DNA of 64,000 nucleotides, taken from positions 142,476,001-142,540,000 of the forward strand of contig OZ024742.1 in NCBI GenBank assembly GCA_964016885.1, in the 5' to 3' direction. Below are positions 24,198-37,799 of the stretch, one piece after another; the stretch's first letter is position 1, and each line of letters opens with the position of its first letter. The notes under the pieces are model-generated. The model made no database searches. It saw only the letters and a list, made by a program, of their open reading frames with translations, and was not told the DNA's origin. Made by a program: the position numbers and the translations under genes. The DNA comes from Eledone cirrhosa (Eukaryota).

Positions 24198-25346
24198 TAT
24201 ATATAACTTCTACAGTTCAAATTTGGAACAAACATGCGTTATGTTCCCAGGAGTGTTTTTGTCTAATGCGGCCCCTATATAAATATTGGTTGGTTGGTTA
24301 GTTGGTTGGTTGCACAAAAACTACACACACACACACACATATACATACATATACATCTAAAGAGAGAGGGAGAAGTAGAGAGAGAGATAGGCCATTATAC
24401 AGAGAGAGGTACAAGATATTCAGATAGAGAATGGTGACGAACGCTGGTTTACACACACACACACATATATATAAAAGAGACAGAGAGAGATCTGTGTGTT
24501 CTCGATTGTTCTCTCTTCTGTAGAGAAAGAGAGGGGGTATGAGAGAGAGAAAGAGAGGGGGTATGAGAGAGAGAAAGAGAGAGGGGTATGAGAAAAAAGA
24601 GAGGGTTGAGAAAGAGAGTGAGGGGGATTGGGGAGGGGAGAAAATGATAGCAGTGTTCCATAACTTTAACTTTTATTTATTTATTCTTTACACACTGTTC
24701 AACTCTCCCCTTTCCTCAACCTTACGTCACTTTATCTCTCTATTTTACACAAGACGTACTGTGACTCTGTGTGTGCGTGTGTAAGTTACAATGACCGCAC
24801 CCACACAAACACGCATCTATATATATATATGTATGTATGGTGTGCATATACGCGTATGCACGTGTATATATGTGTATATGTATGTGTGTATATATGTATG
24901 TATACGAGTGTATTGTATGTATATTTATACCATAAACGTGTTGTCTTTGCGTGAAATTGTTCTCATTGCTCCACATAACATAATTATCCTCGTTTTTTTC
25001 CCATTCATTGCCAGGGAATGTCTTCACGAACCAAAGTATCATCTTCCTGTTTTCCTTCAGTTGTAACGTTTTTTTGAAATATTTACGTCTGCGCCCACAG
25101 ATGGACTTTTTTTAGTTTCAGAAGATCCCGTTAAGGGTGAAAGCAGCGAGTCTTTGCTTAAACTTTAATCTGTTATTTCAATAAATATATACATATATAT
25201 ATATGGTCTAACCCATGCTAGCGTGGAAGAACGGACGTAAAACGGTGATGATGATATATATATATATAGAAGGTAAGTAATATTGTAGAACAATAAAACT
25301 ATGCATATATCAGATAAGTAGTACTCGACAGTTGGTAGAACTGGAG

Positions 25347-25687
25347 TATATATAATAAAGATGAAATAGAAGATGGTTATAAGAGTTCCATTTATTTTAT
25401 TATACGTATTTCAAATACAAAATCATCCTGGGACAGAAATTGTGTTCTTTTCAGATAAAATAAGGTACAATGATATGAGGCACAATAGCACTTGTTTATA
25501 GGAAAGTGCTAATATGTAGAATTAGCACTTTCCTATAAACAAGTGCTATTATGCCTCATATCATTGTACCTTATTTTATCTGAAGAGAACACAATTTCTG
25601 TCCCAGGATGATTTTGTATTCGAAATACGTATAATAAAATAAATGGAACTCTTATAACCATCTTCTATTGCATCTTTATTATATATA
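25347..25687. repeat. Long palindrome (167-bp arms, 7-nt spacer), Penelope-like foldback
   Basis: Arms 25347-25513 and 25521-25687 with 4 mismatches counted; contains a hammerhead motif. Confidence 0.9.
25571..25642 (+). ncRNA. Type I minimal hammerhead ribozyme
   Basis: Stem I TTATTTTAT/ATAAAATAA, core CTGAAGA, stem II GAACACAA/TTGTATTC, GAAA, palindromic stem III ATACGTAT, predicted cleavage after A25633. Confidence 0.75.
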
Positions 25688-25689
25688 TA

Positions 25690-26132
25690 TATATATATTC
25701 TAAATCAGATGCTTTCAGTTCCTTAGAGGACTAACAACACACTCTTGATCTGAGCATATCAATGAATTAACAAGGTAGAATCCATTACAACATAGATCCC
25801 CCAATGATTGACAAACGGCGAGAGAGATAATCCCCTTTAACCGCTTCCTTGGAGTCGATTGAAGCACTGCAGTGCAATGCAACAAAACGTCATAACTTCT
25901 GGAGTTTGCAACTAATTGTCACCAAACTTGGTTTACGTATGTTCTACAGATGAATTTGAACACTCACAATTGGCACATATTGAGTAGGGGACTCCTAGGG
26001 GCAGGAACCCATTTTTGGAAAAAGCCAATGATTTTGTACAAGTATAGTTTCCGAAGAAGCACTGAAGTTTTGACATGAATGCTATACATGACTGTTATTT
26101 AATACCCGAGCAATGCCAGGTACCTCTGCTAG
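25690..26132 (+). mobile_element. Non-autonomous Helitron-like element
   Basis: 3' end ACCCGAGCAATGCCAGGTACCTCTGCTAG|T (subterminal hairpin, CTAG, then T); 5' boundary uncertain. Confidence 0.65.
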
Positions 26133-26150
26133 TATATATATATATATATA

Positions 26151-29100
26151 TCATCATCATCATCATCACCGTTTTACGTCCGTTCTTCCACGCTAGCATG
26201 GGTTAGACGGGTTGTCCTGTTGTGGGCAGTGTCTGGTCGGCTGACCATGCCTTGCTCATACAGGAACTGATTTGGCTTGATTTCTACAGCTGGATGCCCT
26301 TCCTAACACCAACCTCATTTACAGTGAGTGCTGGGTGCTTTTTCGTGGCGCCTACACATCCACTTTACAGTGTGGGCTGGGTGCTTTTTTGCCGTGGCAC
26401 CTCCACGACCACCTTGCGGTGGGGGTGTGGGGGCATATTGTTTATATGCTTCAGCTTGTACCCATGGAAGGTCGGGTACTCTGTGTTACTGCGTGACGCC
26501 AGAAGTCACGGTCGTGTGTCATTGTTTTTGAGAGGTGCAATTGGGTAAGGTCGGCTTTTATCACCTCATCCCAGGTCATCTTGGGTCTCCCCACTCCGCG
26601 GTTTCCATCAACTTCTAGTGCTCTGCACCTTTTTATGCAGCTGTCATCCTTCATATGCATCACATGTCCATACCAGCGCAACCGCCTCTCCTGCACACAA
26701 CATTTGATTCCTCTTATGCTTAGTCTCTCTCTCAATTCATTTATGCTTTGTCATTCACGTATATTACTGTTACACATCCATCGGAGCATACAGACTTCGT
26801 TTCTCTCTAATCTACGTAAGTCTTCCACCTTCAGCGCCCAGGTCTCACTACCATGCAACATCGCTGTTCGGATACACGCATCATACAGTTTGCCTTTCAT
26901 TCTGAGGGAGAAGCCTTTTGCAGCTAGCAGTGGTAGTAGTTCCCTAAACTTCTTCCATCCCGTTCTTACCCTAGTTATTGTACTTTCTGAACACCCACCT
27001 CCGCTGCTAATTCGGTCACCTAGGTAGCAGAAGCTGTCTACTGTTTCTACAGGGCCCTCCCAGAGATTGGTGGTACTTGTTTCCTGTGGCTGTTTGCTGC
27101 TTGCTGTATCAGCACAGCTGCTGCATGTGAATCCTACATTCTTAATTAAGCTTCCTGAGATCCCGCTACATCTCTTGTGTACCCATTGTTTGCATTTGGG
27201 CCAGAGAATGGAGTTCCTACCTACACCTTTCCTACATACTGAGCAAGGCCATTTCCCTGAGGGGATCTGGGTTCTGTTTTCTCGTCTACTTACAAGGACC
27301 TTAGTCTTTGTCATGTTGACTTTGAGACCCTTTCTTTCTAGTCCCTGCTTCCAAGTTTGGAACTTATTCTCTAGTTCTACCATAGATTCAGCTATGAGTG
27401 CGAGGTCATCAGCATACAGGAGTTCCCATGGGCATCCGGTCTTAAACTCCTCCGTTATTGCCTGCAGGACTATGATGAACAGGAGAGGGCTAAGAACAGA
27501 GCCCTGGTGGACCCCAACCTGTACGCTAAATTCCTCGCTATACTCATTGCTAATCTTAACTTTGCTGACTGCTCCCCTATACATGGCTTGTACCGCTTTC
27601 ACAAGCTATTCATCTACTCCTAGTTTTCTAAGAGCCCACCAGATTACAGAACGTGGAACTCTGTCAAAGGCTTTCTCAAGGTCGACAAATGCCAAGTAGA
27701 GTGGCTTACTTTTAGCTAGGTACTTTTCCTGTAATTGCCTCACAAGGAAGAGGGCATCAGTGGTGCCTCTCCCTGGTACAAACTCAAATTGCATCTCGTC
27801 TATTTTCACCCGGTCCCTAATCAGCTGTGCTATAACTCTTTCTGTTACTTTCATGACCTGGTCCATCAACTTTATACCTCTATAGTTTCCTCTATCTAGT
27901 GCATCGCCTTTACCTTTGTAGCAGTTGACAATGATGCTACTGCACCAATCTTTTGGTATGGCACCTTCTAGTATTACCTGGTTAACGATACGTGTGGTTA
28001 TAGTGTGACCTACAGACCCAGATGCCTTCAGCATCTCGGCACCTATACCCAATGGACCGGTTGCCTTCCCCATCTTCATATCTTTGATTGCCTTACTTAC
28101 TACGCTGCTGCTGACTTGTACTGCTGGTCCCTCTATAGGGTCTACTTGGGATAGGGTCTCTTCTTCCCAGGCATTCTCCTCATTTAGTAATCTATCATAA
28201 TGACTCTTCCATGCATCTTTCTTCTCAGCACTTGTGAGGGCAAGCTCACCTTTATCATTCCGGATACACTTCTCTCCAATGACATCACAACTATCTCTGA
28301 CACACTGCCTCGCAATCTTGAATACCTCCTGTTTCTGGTCCTCACGTTGCAAGACATGCTTGAATTTTCTATCCTCTGCTTCCCTCCTAGCTAAGTATAC
28401 TTGTCGCCTAGCTTCCCTCAAGGTCTCTATGTAATGTACCCTGCTCCCCCCGTTCTTCCATTCTTTCCATGCCTGTCTCTTGGCCTTAACTGCTTCATCT
28501 ACCTTATTGTTCCACCACCAAGTCACTCTCCTCCTGCTTGAGGTCTTACTCCAGCCACAGACCTCATCCGTCGCCTCTAGTAAATTATTTTTCAGGAACT
28601 CCCAGTTCTCTTCTACATTAAATGTCTCTATCTGTTCTTCTTTACTGTCATAGGCGTTGAGTAAAATATCTTTAAATCTGTTACTGGTTGAGGGGACTTT
28701 CAGCTTCCAGATCTTTCTTCTCCAGGTTGGCCTCTGTTTCCGGGTTTGTCTAGTTCTGACCGTGAGGTCGCTGACAACTAAACTATGTTGGGATGTACAT
28801 TCCTCACTAGGGAAGGCTTTTGTGTTTACGACCGTCCATCTGTCACGTCCTCTGATGAGGATAAAATCTAACTGACTAGAGTGCTCCCCTGATCTATAGG
28901 TGATCAGGTGGTTGTCGGGTTTTTTAAAGTTTGTGTTACATATCGCAGAATTCTAGAAGTCTGAATCCTTCCTCATTCCTTGTGCCAACCCCATGGCCTC
29001 CATGTACTCTATTGAAGCCGTCGCAGTGTTTACCTACGTGTCCGTTAAAATCTCCTGCGATGATTAGGAAGTCATTGTCGTCTGTTAGAGCAGTAGTGTG

Positions 29101-29959
29101 CATTAGGGACTCGTAAAACCTATCCTTAAGTTCGTCTGACAGCCCCGATTGGGGTGCGTAAGCAGATATTATTGTGGTAATTGTTTTATTCAGGACTAGT
29201 CTGAGTTTAATGATTCTTGCATTTACCCTGTACACTGAGATTACTTTATCTACCCACTTGTCAGCTAGTAGTATACCTACACCACCCCTCCCATCGTCAT
29301 TTCCCACCCAGAAAAATTTGTAGCACCGACTTTTTCCTATGAGGACTCTGGCAGACTCTCCTCTCCATCTAGTCTCTTGCACACATCATACATCAATTTC
29401 CTTTCGCTCTAGCATTTCTACGATTTCTCCTGCTCTTCCTTTCATTGAGCCTACATTGATGGTACCAACTCGGAGTTTTGGGCATTTGTCGACACTCGTA
29501 GGGGAGGGTCTCTGGGTTGGCGCTTCACGTGGATGCTTGGTAGCTCGCAGATTCATATTTCATCTATTGATTCAGAGTTGCTCAAATTTATTCTCAGCTC
29601 ATCCATCCATAACAGTGGGAAAAATGAGGGCTAGAAGAACAGTGGTGGTGGGATAATGGCAGGGTGTGTTGGGCTGCGCCAGAGGAGGAGAGAGTTAGTT
29701 AGGTAGTAGTAGTAGTAGCAGCAGCCGTAGGAATGGCATGCTGGGGTTTGATTGGCCGAATAGGCTATGGCGGTGTGAGGGGGTGGGAGGGTCGCCTTCA
29801 AGACCGCATGGTAAATCCGAAATAATACGACAGAAAAACAGGGTAAATCCGAAATAATACATAGCAGAAAACAGCAGTAATATTAATAATAATAACGTCA
29901 TAAGAGTTAAGATACCTTCATAACTTTGTATGGATGGGTGGCTGGAATGAAAACGGATG

Positions 29960-29962
<3 letters not shown>
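26151..29962 (-). mobile_element. Full-length RTE LINE with few lesions
   Basis: Endonuclease-RT-PHD frame broken by a small deletion near 28940 and stops at 27606 and 26751; 3' UTR and (GAT)n tail; sits in (TA)n. Confidence 0.93.
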
Positions 29963-29994
<32 letters not shown>

Positions 29995-30192
29995 CCTGGG
30001 TATGACATTAAACTGGATCCAGTGGCAAGGCTCCAGTTCAGGAGCTGTGGGGAATGTGGAATTACCCCTTAGTTGTTTTTACTCCTAGGTCTGCTCTGGC
30101 CCTGAGCAGTAGTACCTGTTAGGGCCTTATTTGAGTGGTGCCAGTAAGGTATTATCAGCCATTGAAAAAAAAAAAAGAATATACATATATAC

Positions 30193-30533
30193 ACCACCAC
30201 CACCCCCACCCCATCCACACCACCCCGTCCTATGTAAAGTTATGTTGGTGCCGCGCCATCCGGGCCGAAACAAATGAGATCGTGTAGGTGTCACGACAAA
30301 AAAACACACAGTCCACGCTGTAATGTGGCCGTGTAGGCAACACGGTAAAAACCTCCCAGACCCACACTGTAAATGTGGTTGGTGTTAGGAAGGGCATCCA
30401 ACTGTAGAAAACCTGCCAGACAGTCCTATGCGAGCAAGACAATCACTCTTGCCTCAAGTGGGACTACCCCCGTCCAAACCCATGCAAGCGTGGAACACGG
30501 ACGTTAAACGTTGATGATGATGATGATGATGAT
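30193..30533 (+). mobile_element. 5'-truncated RTE LINE (3' UTR only)
   Basis: Near-identical reverse complement of 39098-39430. Confidence 0.9.
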
Positions 30534-30680
30534 GGAGGCACATGGCTTAGTAGTTAGAGCATTGGCCTTGCAATCAAAAGGTTGTGAGTTCAATTCTCAG
30601 ACCGAGTGATGTGTTGTTTCCTTGAGCAAGACACTTTATTTCACATTGCTCCAGTTTACTCAGCTGTAGAAATGAGATGA
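30534..30680 (+). mobile_element. tRNA-derived SINE of a second family
   Basis: TGGCTTAGTAG A-box, GAGTTCAATTC B-box, then CCTTGAGCAAGACACTT...CTCAGCTG body. Confidence 0.65.
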
Positions 30681-30870
30681 TAGGGACTGGGGTCCCTATC
30701 ATTCCACTGTAATGTGGTCGTGGAGGTGCCACGGCAAAAAAGCACCCAGCACTCACTGTAAATTAGGTTGGTGTTAGGAAGGGCATCCAGCTGTAGAAAT
30801 CAAGCCAGAATCAGTTCCCGTCCCACCCTTGCAAACAGGGAAAAGTGGACGTAAAATGATGATGATGAAT

Positions 30871-31385
30871 GGCCTGATCCAGTCCAATTTTGATCAGACA
30901 GGATCAGACCAAACCAGATTGGATCAGACCAGACATGATCGGATTAGATCAGGTCAGATGGGATTTAACCAGACTAGATTAGAATGAGTGGATCGGATCA
31001 AACTGGCCCAGATCAGACCAGATCAAACTTAATCAGATCAGGCTGGATCAGATCAAACCGGGTCAGACCAGATCAAGATCAGGCTGGATAGAATTGCTTC
31101 GAACCAGATTGGGTCAAATTGGTTCAGCTTCGACTGGAACAAAATGGTCCAGATCAGATCAGACTGTATTGGGCTGGGTCAGATTGGATTGGAGTAAATC
31201 GATCCAACTAATAGTCCAATCTGATGCAATCCTGTCTGATCTGATCCAGCCCAATCTGATCCAATCCAATCTAGTCAGGAGCAATCCGATCCAGCGTGAT
31301 CTTGATCCGATCCAGTCTGATCTGGTTTGATACAATCAGGTCCGATCTAGTTCAGTTTGATCCAATCCAGTCTGATCCGATCCAA
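30871..31385. repeat. Degenerate 5-bp (GATCA-like) tandem repeat with strand switch
   Basis: Period-5 units GATCA/GACCA/GATTG, changing to the complementary GATCC/AATCC/GATCT after about 31195. Confidence 0.85.
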
Positions 31386-32006
31386 TAAAGCAAGAGTAAT
31401 GCACTGGGGTTGATTTATTTGATTTTCCCCTCCTCCAAAATTGTTGACCATGTGCCTAAATCAGAAACCCTTATTCAATCAGAAAATCCATCATACTGAA
31501 TGGTGGACACTATCAGGTTTGATGATAAGCATTCAATTGTATGATCTACTGAACCCTTAACATCATTCCTAAGCTGAATCAGCATGACAGAGTTACAGGA
31601 CAAAGATGTACCTTTGAAAATTACAGGTACAATCCATCTGATAAACCTCCACACAATATCCATCTACCCAATTTTACTCACAAGCTATGGTAAAGACACT
31701 TGCACAAGATGCCATAAAGTAGGATTGAACCCAAGACTGCATGACTGTGAAGCAAGCTTCTTAACCACTCAGCAATGCCTGTGTCATTTCCATTCCATTC
31801 TCTCACACTACTTTATAAGGTTTAGGTTGACCAGAGGTTATGGTAGATGACACTTGCTCAAGTTGCAGTGAAGTGGGATCAAATCTAGAACCTCATAATT
31901 GGGAAGTGAACTTCTTAGCAATATACCCATGGCTTCATCCATTCCATTCTCACACTACCTCTATAATCAAAACAATCTAGAATCTGTTCACAGAACAAAT
32001 ACTTAC

Positions 32007-32081
32007 CCCTCTTGTATACAATTGCTAACATTCTTTGCTAGTTTGGTGAGCAATTTGCTGTAATTTTCTTCTACAGTGCAG
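32007..32081 (-). CDS. FCHO2: FCHo1/2-like exon (75 nt, phase 2-2)
   Basis: ttgcAG|C...GG|GTaagt. Encodes CTVEENYSKLLTKLAKNVSNCIQE(G); phases fit both neighbours; matches FCHO2 [25 protein letters not shown]. Confidence 0.95.
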
Positions 32082-32796
32082 CTGCAAAGAAAATAAGGAA
32101 ATCATATTATAAAGTGGAAGGAAATGATAGAATAAAATAACAAAGAAAAGAAAATATAATTTTAAACTTTTTAACTGTTTCTCCTCTGTTACCATTGAAT
32201 AGAAATGATATACACAGTTGTGTGTATCAACAATCTACTATTGTCCAATCGTAAAGTAGTCTTTAACTCTTTCTTAACCATATTTTTAAAAGAAACAGTT
32301 TTAAGTTCCAGATAGACAAGGTTCCAGATGGACAAGAATTTGAAGAAATTTAATAAAATAGCTAACTTATTGATTAATTAGTATATTCACCATTTTGTTA
32401 CCAGGGTGTTATGGGGTGACACTGTAATGTGGCTGACGATCAAATGGAGACAATATAGAGTAGTGAGGACTCTTCAGGCCGGCCACACTTATGACAACCT
32501 CTTTAGTGTTTGTGCTATGATAAAATGCACCCAGTAGACTCTGTAAAATGAGATTGCTGGTGCATCAAAAATACACCCAGTATACTCTGTAAAGAAGGGC
32601 ATCCAACTATAGAAACCATGCTAAATATAGAACATATGAGCAAAAGGATGCTGTCTCACTGACTTTTCTAGCCTCAGACCATCCAACCATTGCTAGCATG
32701 GATGGGTGATATAAAATGACACTGTCTATGATATTCAAACCATTTTGAAAATAATCAATTATTTGAAAGGTTTTATTTAATATAACTAACTCGCAT

Positions 32797-32990
32797 TGGC
32801 AGGGCGGTGGATTGGCAGTATTGGTAGAGGGTCAGACGCCATGCTTTGCAGCATAGTTACGTCCCTTTATGATCTGAGTTCAAATCCCGCCGAGGTTAAC
32901 TTTGCCTTTCATCCTTACAGGGTCAATAAAATAAAGTACCAGTATTGTAATGAGATAATTGCTGGCCTTGTGCCAAAAGTAGAAACAATT
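32797..32990 (+). mobile_element. tRNA-derived SINE (Nin/Deu-like)
   Basis: Same family as 16273-16459, opposite strand. Confidence 0.85.
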
Positions 32991-34815
32991 ATTAAGCAAG
33001 TATTTGGAATATAACTTCAAGGTTTTTACATAAAAATATGAAGTGTTTAAATATAAACATTGTAAAAGAGTTTTGCTTCATAGTGTGGTTTCAGGCACTT
33101 TGGTATCAAAAGGGTTAAACTAGTGATACATAATTCGATAAAAGGTTCTCACATAAAATTTTAATGGTATGTTTTTCGTTTAAATATGAACATTTTTAAA
33201 CAGGTGATTTTGAATAATAGAACCAGGCTCAGTTTCATGTGGGTTGTATGGTATCAAAAGGGTTTAATACAACTGGGACCTTTAGACATGTCAGATGTAT
33301 TGTATTGCGATAGCTAACATTATAAGCAGTTTTCAACTGAAGGGTATGAACTGCTTGAATAACAAATTCTATTATCTAGGTGACCTAATTTATACTTAAA
33401 AATAATAATGTAGCTATTGATAACATTGTGCTATAGGTTAAATACATTTGAAGCAAACTATTACATCGCTTGGCAATACAGAATTTTTCTTTCTATATAT
33501 ATAAGCAAATTGTTTGAGGTATGATGAGAAGTAATGAACAAGACAGGATGCTTTGTGTTATGCGTTCAAATCCCACCTCCTATCACTGGAAAAGTGCTGA
33601 TACTTCTGCTAGGAGTTACAACCAACAGATAGTATAAACAATATAAAGACCAATGAAAACAGTTTTCTTGGTCTGATTTAATCTGACAGTCTTGTTATGT
33701 GTGAATACTACATAACAATGAAGAAACAGGTGATACAAAGAACTGCAATGCTTGTAAATCTTGGAAAATATGCACCTCGGGTGAATTAAGAAAATTACAT
33801 CAAAAGCATTGCTAAACAATTATGATAGCAGTTCCCAACCTGTGATCCACAGATCCTTGGAGATCTCCAGGAGTATTATTGGTAGTGTGGGGGGGGGGGC
33901 ATGGCCTTAACTCTTTTGTGACTGTACTCCTACTGAAATATACTGTCTATGATCTAACTGTTTCAATTAATTTTATAAATAATCAAGAGTGTTGAAGGGT
34001 TTAGTAAAATAACTAACTTCATTGTTAAGCTAGTGTTTAGAACATAGCAAAATGTGTAACATAAAATTATGACAAATGGTTTAGATTTAAATAAACACTT
34101 TAAAATATTCAGCTTAGTATCATAGAACCAAGGGCTGTTTCTGATGGACTGATATCAAAAGGGATAAATAAATGGAGCCATAGAAAGTGAGAAATTAGGG
34201 AACCACTGATTTATGGGGTAGACAACTACATAGGCATGAACATGTAATATAAATTGATAATAAATGTGAGATGAGGACATACTGTCAATGGTAAAAGGTG
34301 TATGTAATTAAAATGATTTAGAAAAAAACTTAGGAAGAACACGTTATGAATGCATGTACATGAGTATATATATGAATGTGACAACATGTATACGTATAAG
34401 TGAGAACGTATGTATAAATATGATTTAGAACATATGTACATATGGGTGTGAACCTGTGTACGTATGGGTGTGAACATGAGTATATGCAAGGGTTAGAGGA
34501 TATGTACAAAAGTGTGTATATGTGCATAATATATAAAGGTGAAAACATGTATATATATGTGTTTACATGCATACATGTTTATATATGTGAATTTGCACAA
34601 GCCCACACACAGACATATTTAATAGAGAACAATATCTGACAAAGTATATAAAAATTTGCAACATTTCAAGTCTAAACATTAATGAGAGGAAATGAAGGTC
34701 ACAATGCTGCTAAACTGATGAATGTCAAAAAAAAAACCTTCCCAGAATCACAGCATCTTGATCCTAGCTGATCACAATGTTTATCAGCTTTTAGTGTAAG
34801 TCTACCTATATCTTG

Positions 34816-34893
<78 letters not shown>

Positions 34894-35640
34894 CATGGTT
34901 TAGATTACTTTGAGGGAGTGATGGCTTGTTTATCATTGCAATTATGTCATTAAAATTAAATTGTGTAACATTTTATATAAGCTTTAATCATTGGTAATGA
35001 TGATGATGGTGATAGTGGTAGTTATGCTGGTGGTGGTGACAATAATGGCAGTAAGAGTGATGTAGGTCATGACGTTAATGTTGGAACTAGAATTACAAAG
35101 AACGAAGAGGATAAGACTAAAACAACAAGCCTAAAGAGGATAATGTTAACAATGATGAAAATAGTAGCAGATGCAGGTATAGTGGTAGCAGCAAAAATGG
35201 TGGTGGATTGACAGAATCCTAAAAACAATGGAAAAAATACTTTGTGATATTTAGTTATGGTCGTGTATGTTTTGAGTTCAAATCTTGGGAAAGTCAACAT
35301 TACCTTTTATCCTTCAGGGTCAATAAGATAAAGTACTAGTCATCCAAGTTGAGATTTAATCAACTAAACCCTGCCCAAAAATATTTGGTTTTATGCCTAC
35401 AAAACAAGCATTTTAGGGCTATTTCCCCTGCTAAAGCAAGGATTAGTCTTGCAAAACCAATAGCAGGCTTTATACTTATCATGGGGGTCTATTTTGAAGC
35501 AATGTTTTTCAAACAGATGCCCTGCCAGGTGACAACTCTTTTAATCACCTCTTACAATGCAGTGTGTACCTATTCTAAACCAGATCCCCACCCCCTCCCT
35601 GAGTTAATGAAGTTTACACTAATTTACATATATATATATC

Positions 35641-36524
35641 ATCATCACCGTTTTATGTCCATTCTTCCACACTAGCATGGGTTAGACGGGTTGTCCTGTT
35701 GTGGGCAATGTTAGATCGGCTGACCTTGTCTTGCTCATACGGGAACTGATTTTGGCTTGATTTCTACAGCTTGATGCCCTTCCTAACATCAACCTCATTT
35801 ACAGCGAGTGCTGGGTGCTTTTTTTCCGTGGTACCTACACGGCCACTTTACAGAGTGGTCTGGGTGCTTTTTTGTCTGACACCTCCATGACCACTTTTGC
35901 AGTGGGAGGAGATGAGGCCATATTGTCTATATGCTTCGGCTTCGGCTTGTTCCCGTGGGAAGTCAGATCTTCTGTATCACTGCATGACGCCAGAGGTCAC
36001 GGTCCTTTGCCATCGCCATTGAGAGGTGCAATTGGGCAATTATCACCTCATCCCCGGTCTTCTTGGGTCTCTCCACTCCCCGGCTTCCATCAACTTTTAG
36101 TGCTCTGCACCTTTTTATGCAGCTGTCATCCTTCATACGAATCACATGTCCATACCAACGCATTTCTACCTACACCTTTCCTACTGAGCAAGGCCATTTC
36201 CCTGAGGAGATCTGGGTTCTGTTTACTCGTCTACTTACAAGGACCTTAGTCTTTGACAGGTTGACTTTGAGACCTCTTCTTTCTAATCCCTGCTTCCATG
36301 TTTGGAATTTCTTCTTCAGTTCCACCTTAGATTCAACTAAAAGTGTAAGATCATTCGCATACAGACACATATTCGCATATGGGCACTCGTCTTAAACTCC
36401 TCTCTTATAGCCTGCAATACTATAATAAATAGGAGAGGGCTAAGAACAGAGCCCTGGTGGACACCGACCTGTATACTAAATTCCTTGCTATAGTCATTGT
36501 TAACCCTAACTTTGCTGACTGGCC

Positions 36525-36527
<3 letters not shown>
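35641..36527 (-). mobile_element. 5'-truncated, internally deleted RTE LINE
   Basis: [27 protein letters not shown]; 3' UTR resembles the 26151 family. Confidence 0.88.
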
Positions 36528-36603
<76 letters not shown>

Positions 36604-36670
36604 TATATATATAGATATAGATATATAGATATAGATATATATATATATAGAGAGAGAGAGAGAAAGAAAG

Positions 36671-36711
<41 letters not shown>

Positions 36712-36762
36712 TATTATGTTAAGGGAGCGATACATATCAAATGTATGACACATCATTTTTCT

Positions 36763-36792
<30 letters not shown>
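36528..36792. repeat. Compound (TA)n/(TATAGA)n/(GA)n microsatellite
   Basis: Direct reading. Confidence 0.9.
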
Positions 36793-36796
<4 letters not shown>

Positions 36797-37587
36797 GTAA
36801 CAAGTAGAAATGGATTCAATATTGAAGTGAAACAATAATGAGAAAGTTGCCAATGTGGATATGAAATGAAAAACATTAGCAGGTAGGTAAGGAGAGAAAG
36901 GGCAGCATTGACAGAACACATGAAGGTAGTTAACCCCATTTGGATACCAAACCACATGAAATTTCCCTGGGTCTATGATTTTAAAATGTTTACATTATTT
37001 ATCTTTGCCTTTCATCCTTACGGGGTCGATAAAATAAAGTACCAGTAATGCACTGGATAATTGATGGCCTTGTGCCAAAAGTAGAAACAATTATTTATCT
37101 AAAACCTTCCATCATAATTTTATGTAACAATCTTTATTTTCCAAACACCAAGTTAATATTAAGAAAGTTGGTTATAGAATTAAATCCTTCAACTTTGATT
37201 ATTTTCAAAATTTATTAAAAATCATAGGCAATGTCTTTAAATGAATGAGTGTGACTGAAACTTCAATAAAAAAAATATATATATATAATTCTTTCTAATA
37301 CTGGCACAAACCAGTAATTTGGGGAGAGAGGAAAGTCAGTTAAATCAATCTCAGTACTGGTACTTTATTTTATCAACCATCGAAGGATGAAAGGTAAAGT
37401 TAACTTCAGCGGGATTTGAACTCAGAACATAAAGAGCTAGAACAAATGTTCTCATGCAATTATCCAATGCTCTAACAACTCTGCTAATCCACTGCACTTA
37501 ATATAAGCCAAGGAAACAAGAAATAAACAAGAGAATGCAATAACATGAAGTGTATTAGTTTCACGCTTAAAGGAAAAAGAATGAGTT

Positions 37588-37630
<43 letters not shown>

Positions 37631-37718
37631 AAAAAATAAACAGTAACAACAAAGCAAACAATACAGTACAATGAAGAAATATATTAGTTAAATGCCTGAT
37701 ATAGTAGGGAATATATGC

Positions 37719-37799
<81 letters not shown>

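Noticed and set aside
26581-27699. Long plus-strand ORFs opposite LINE ORFs (also 39525-41700 and 47582-49021)
   Set aside because: Antisense shadows of the RT frame.
31094-31330. 78-aa ORF in the pentamer repeat
   Set aside because: Low-complexity translation of the repeat.
32797-32990. tRNA-like A/B boxes
   Set aside because: SINE heads with no cloverleaf; no true tRNA gene was seen in the window.
36337-36957. 206-aa ORF joining (YI)n/(SL)n to an RT fragment
   Set aside because: Microsatellite read-through into a truncated LINE.
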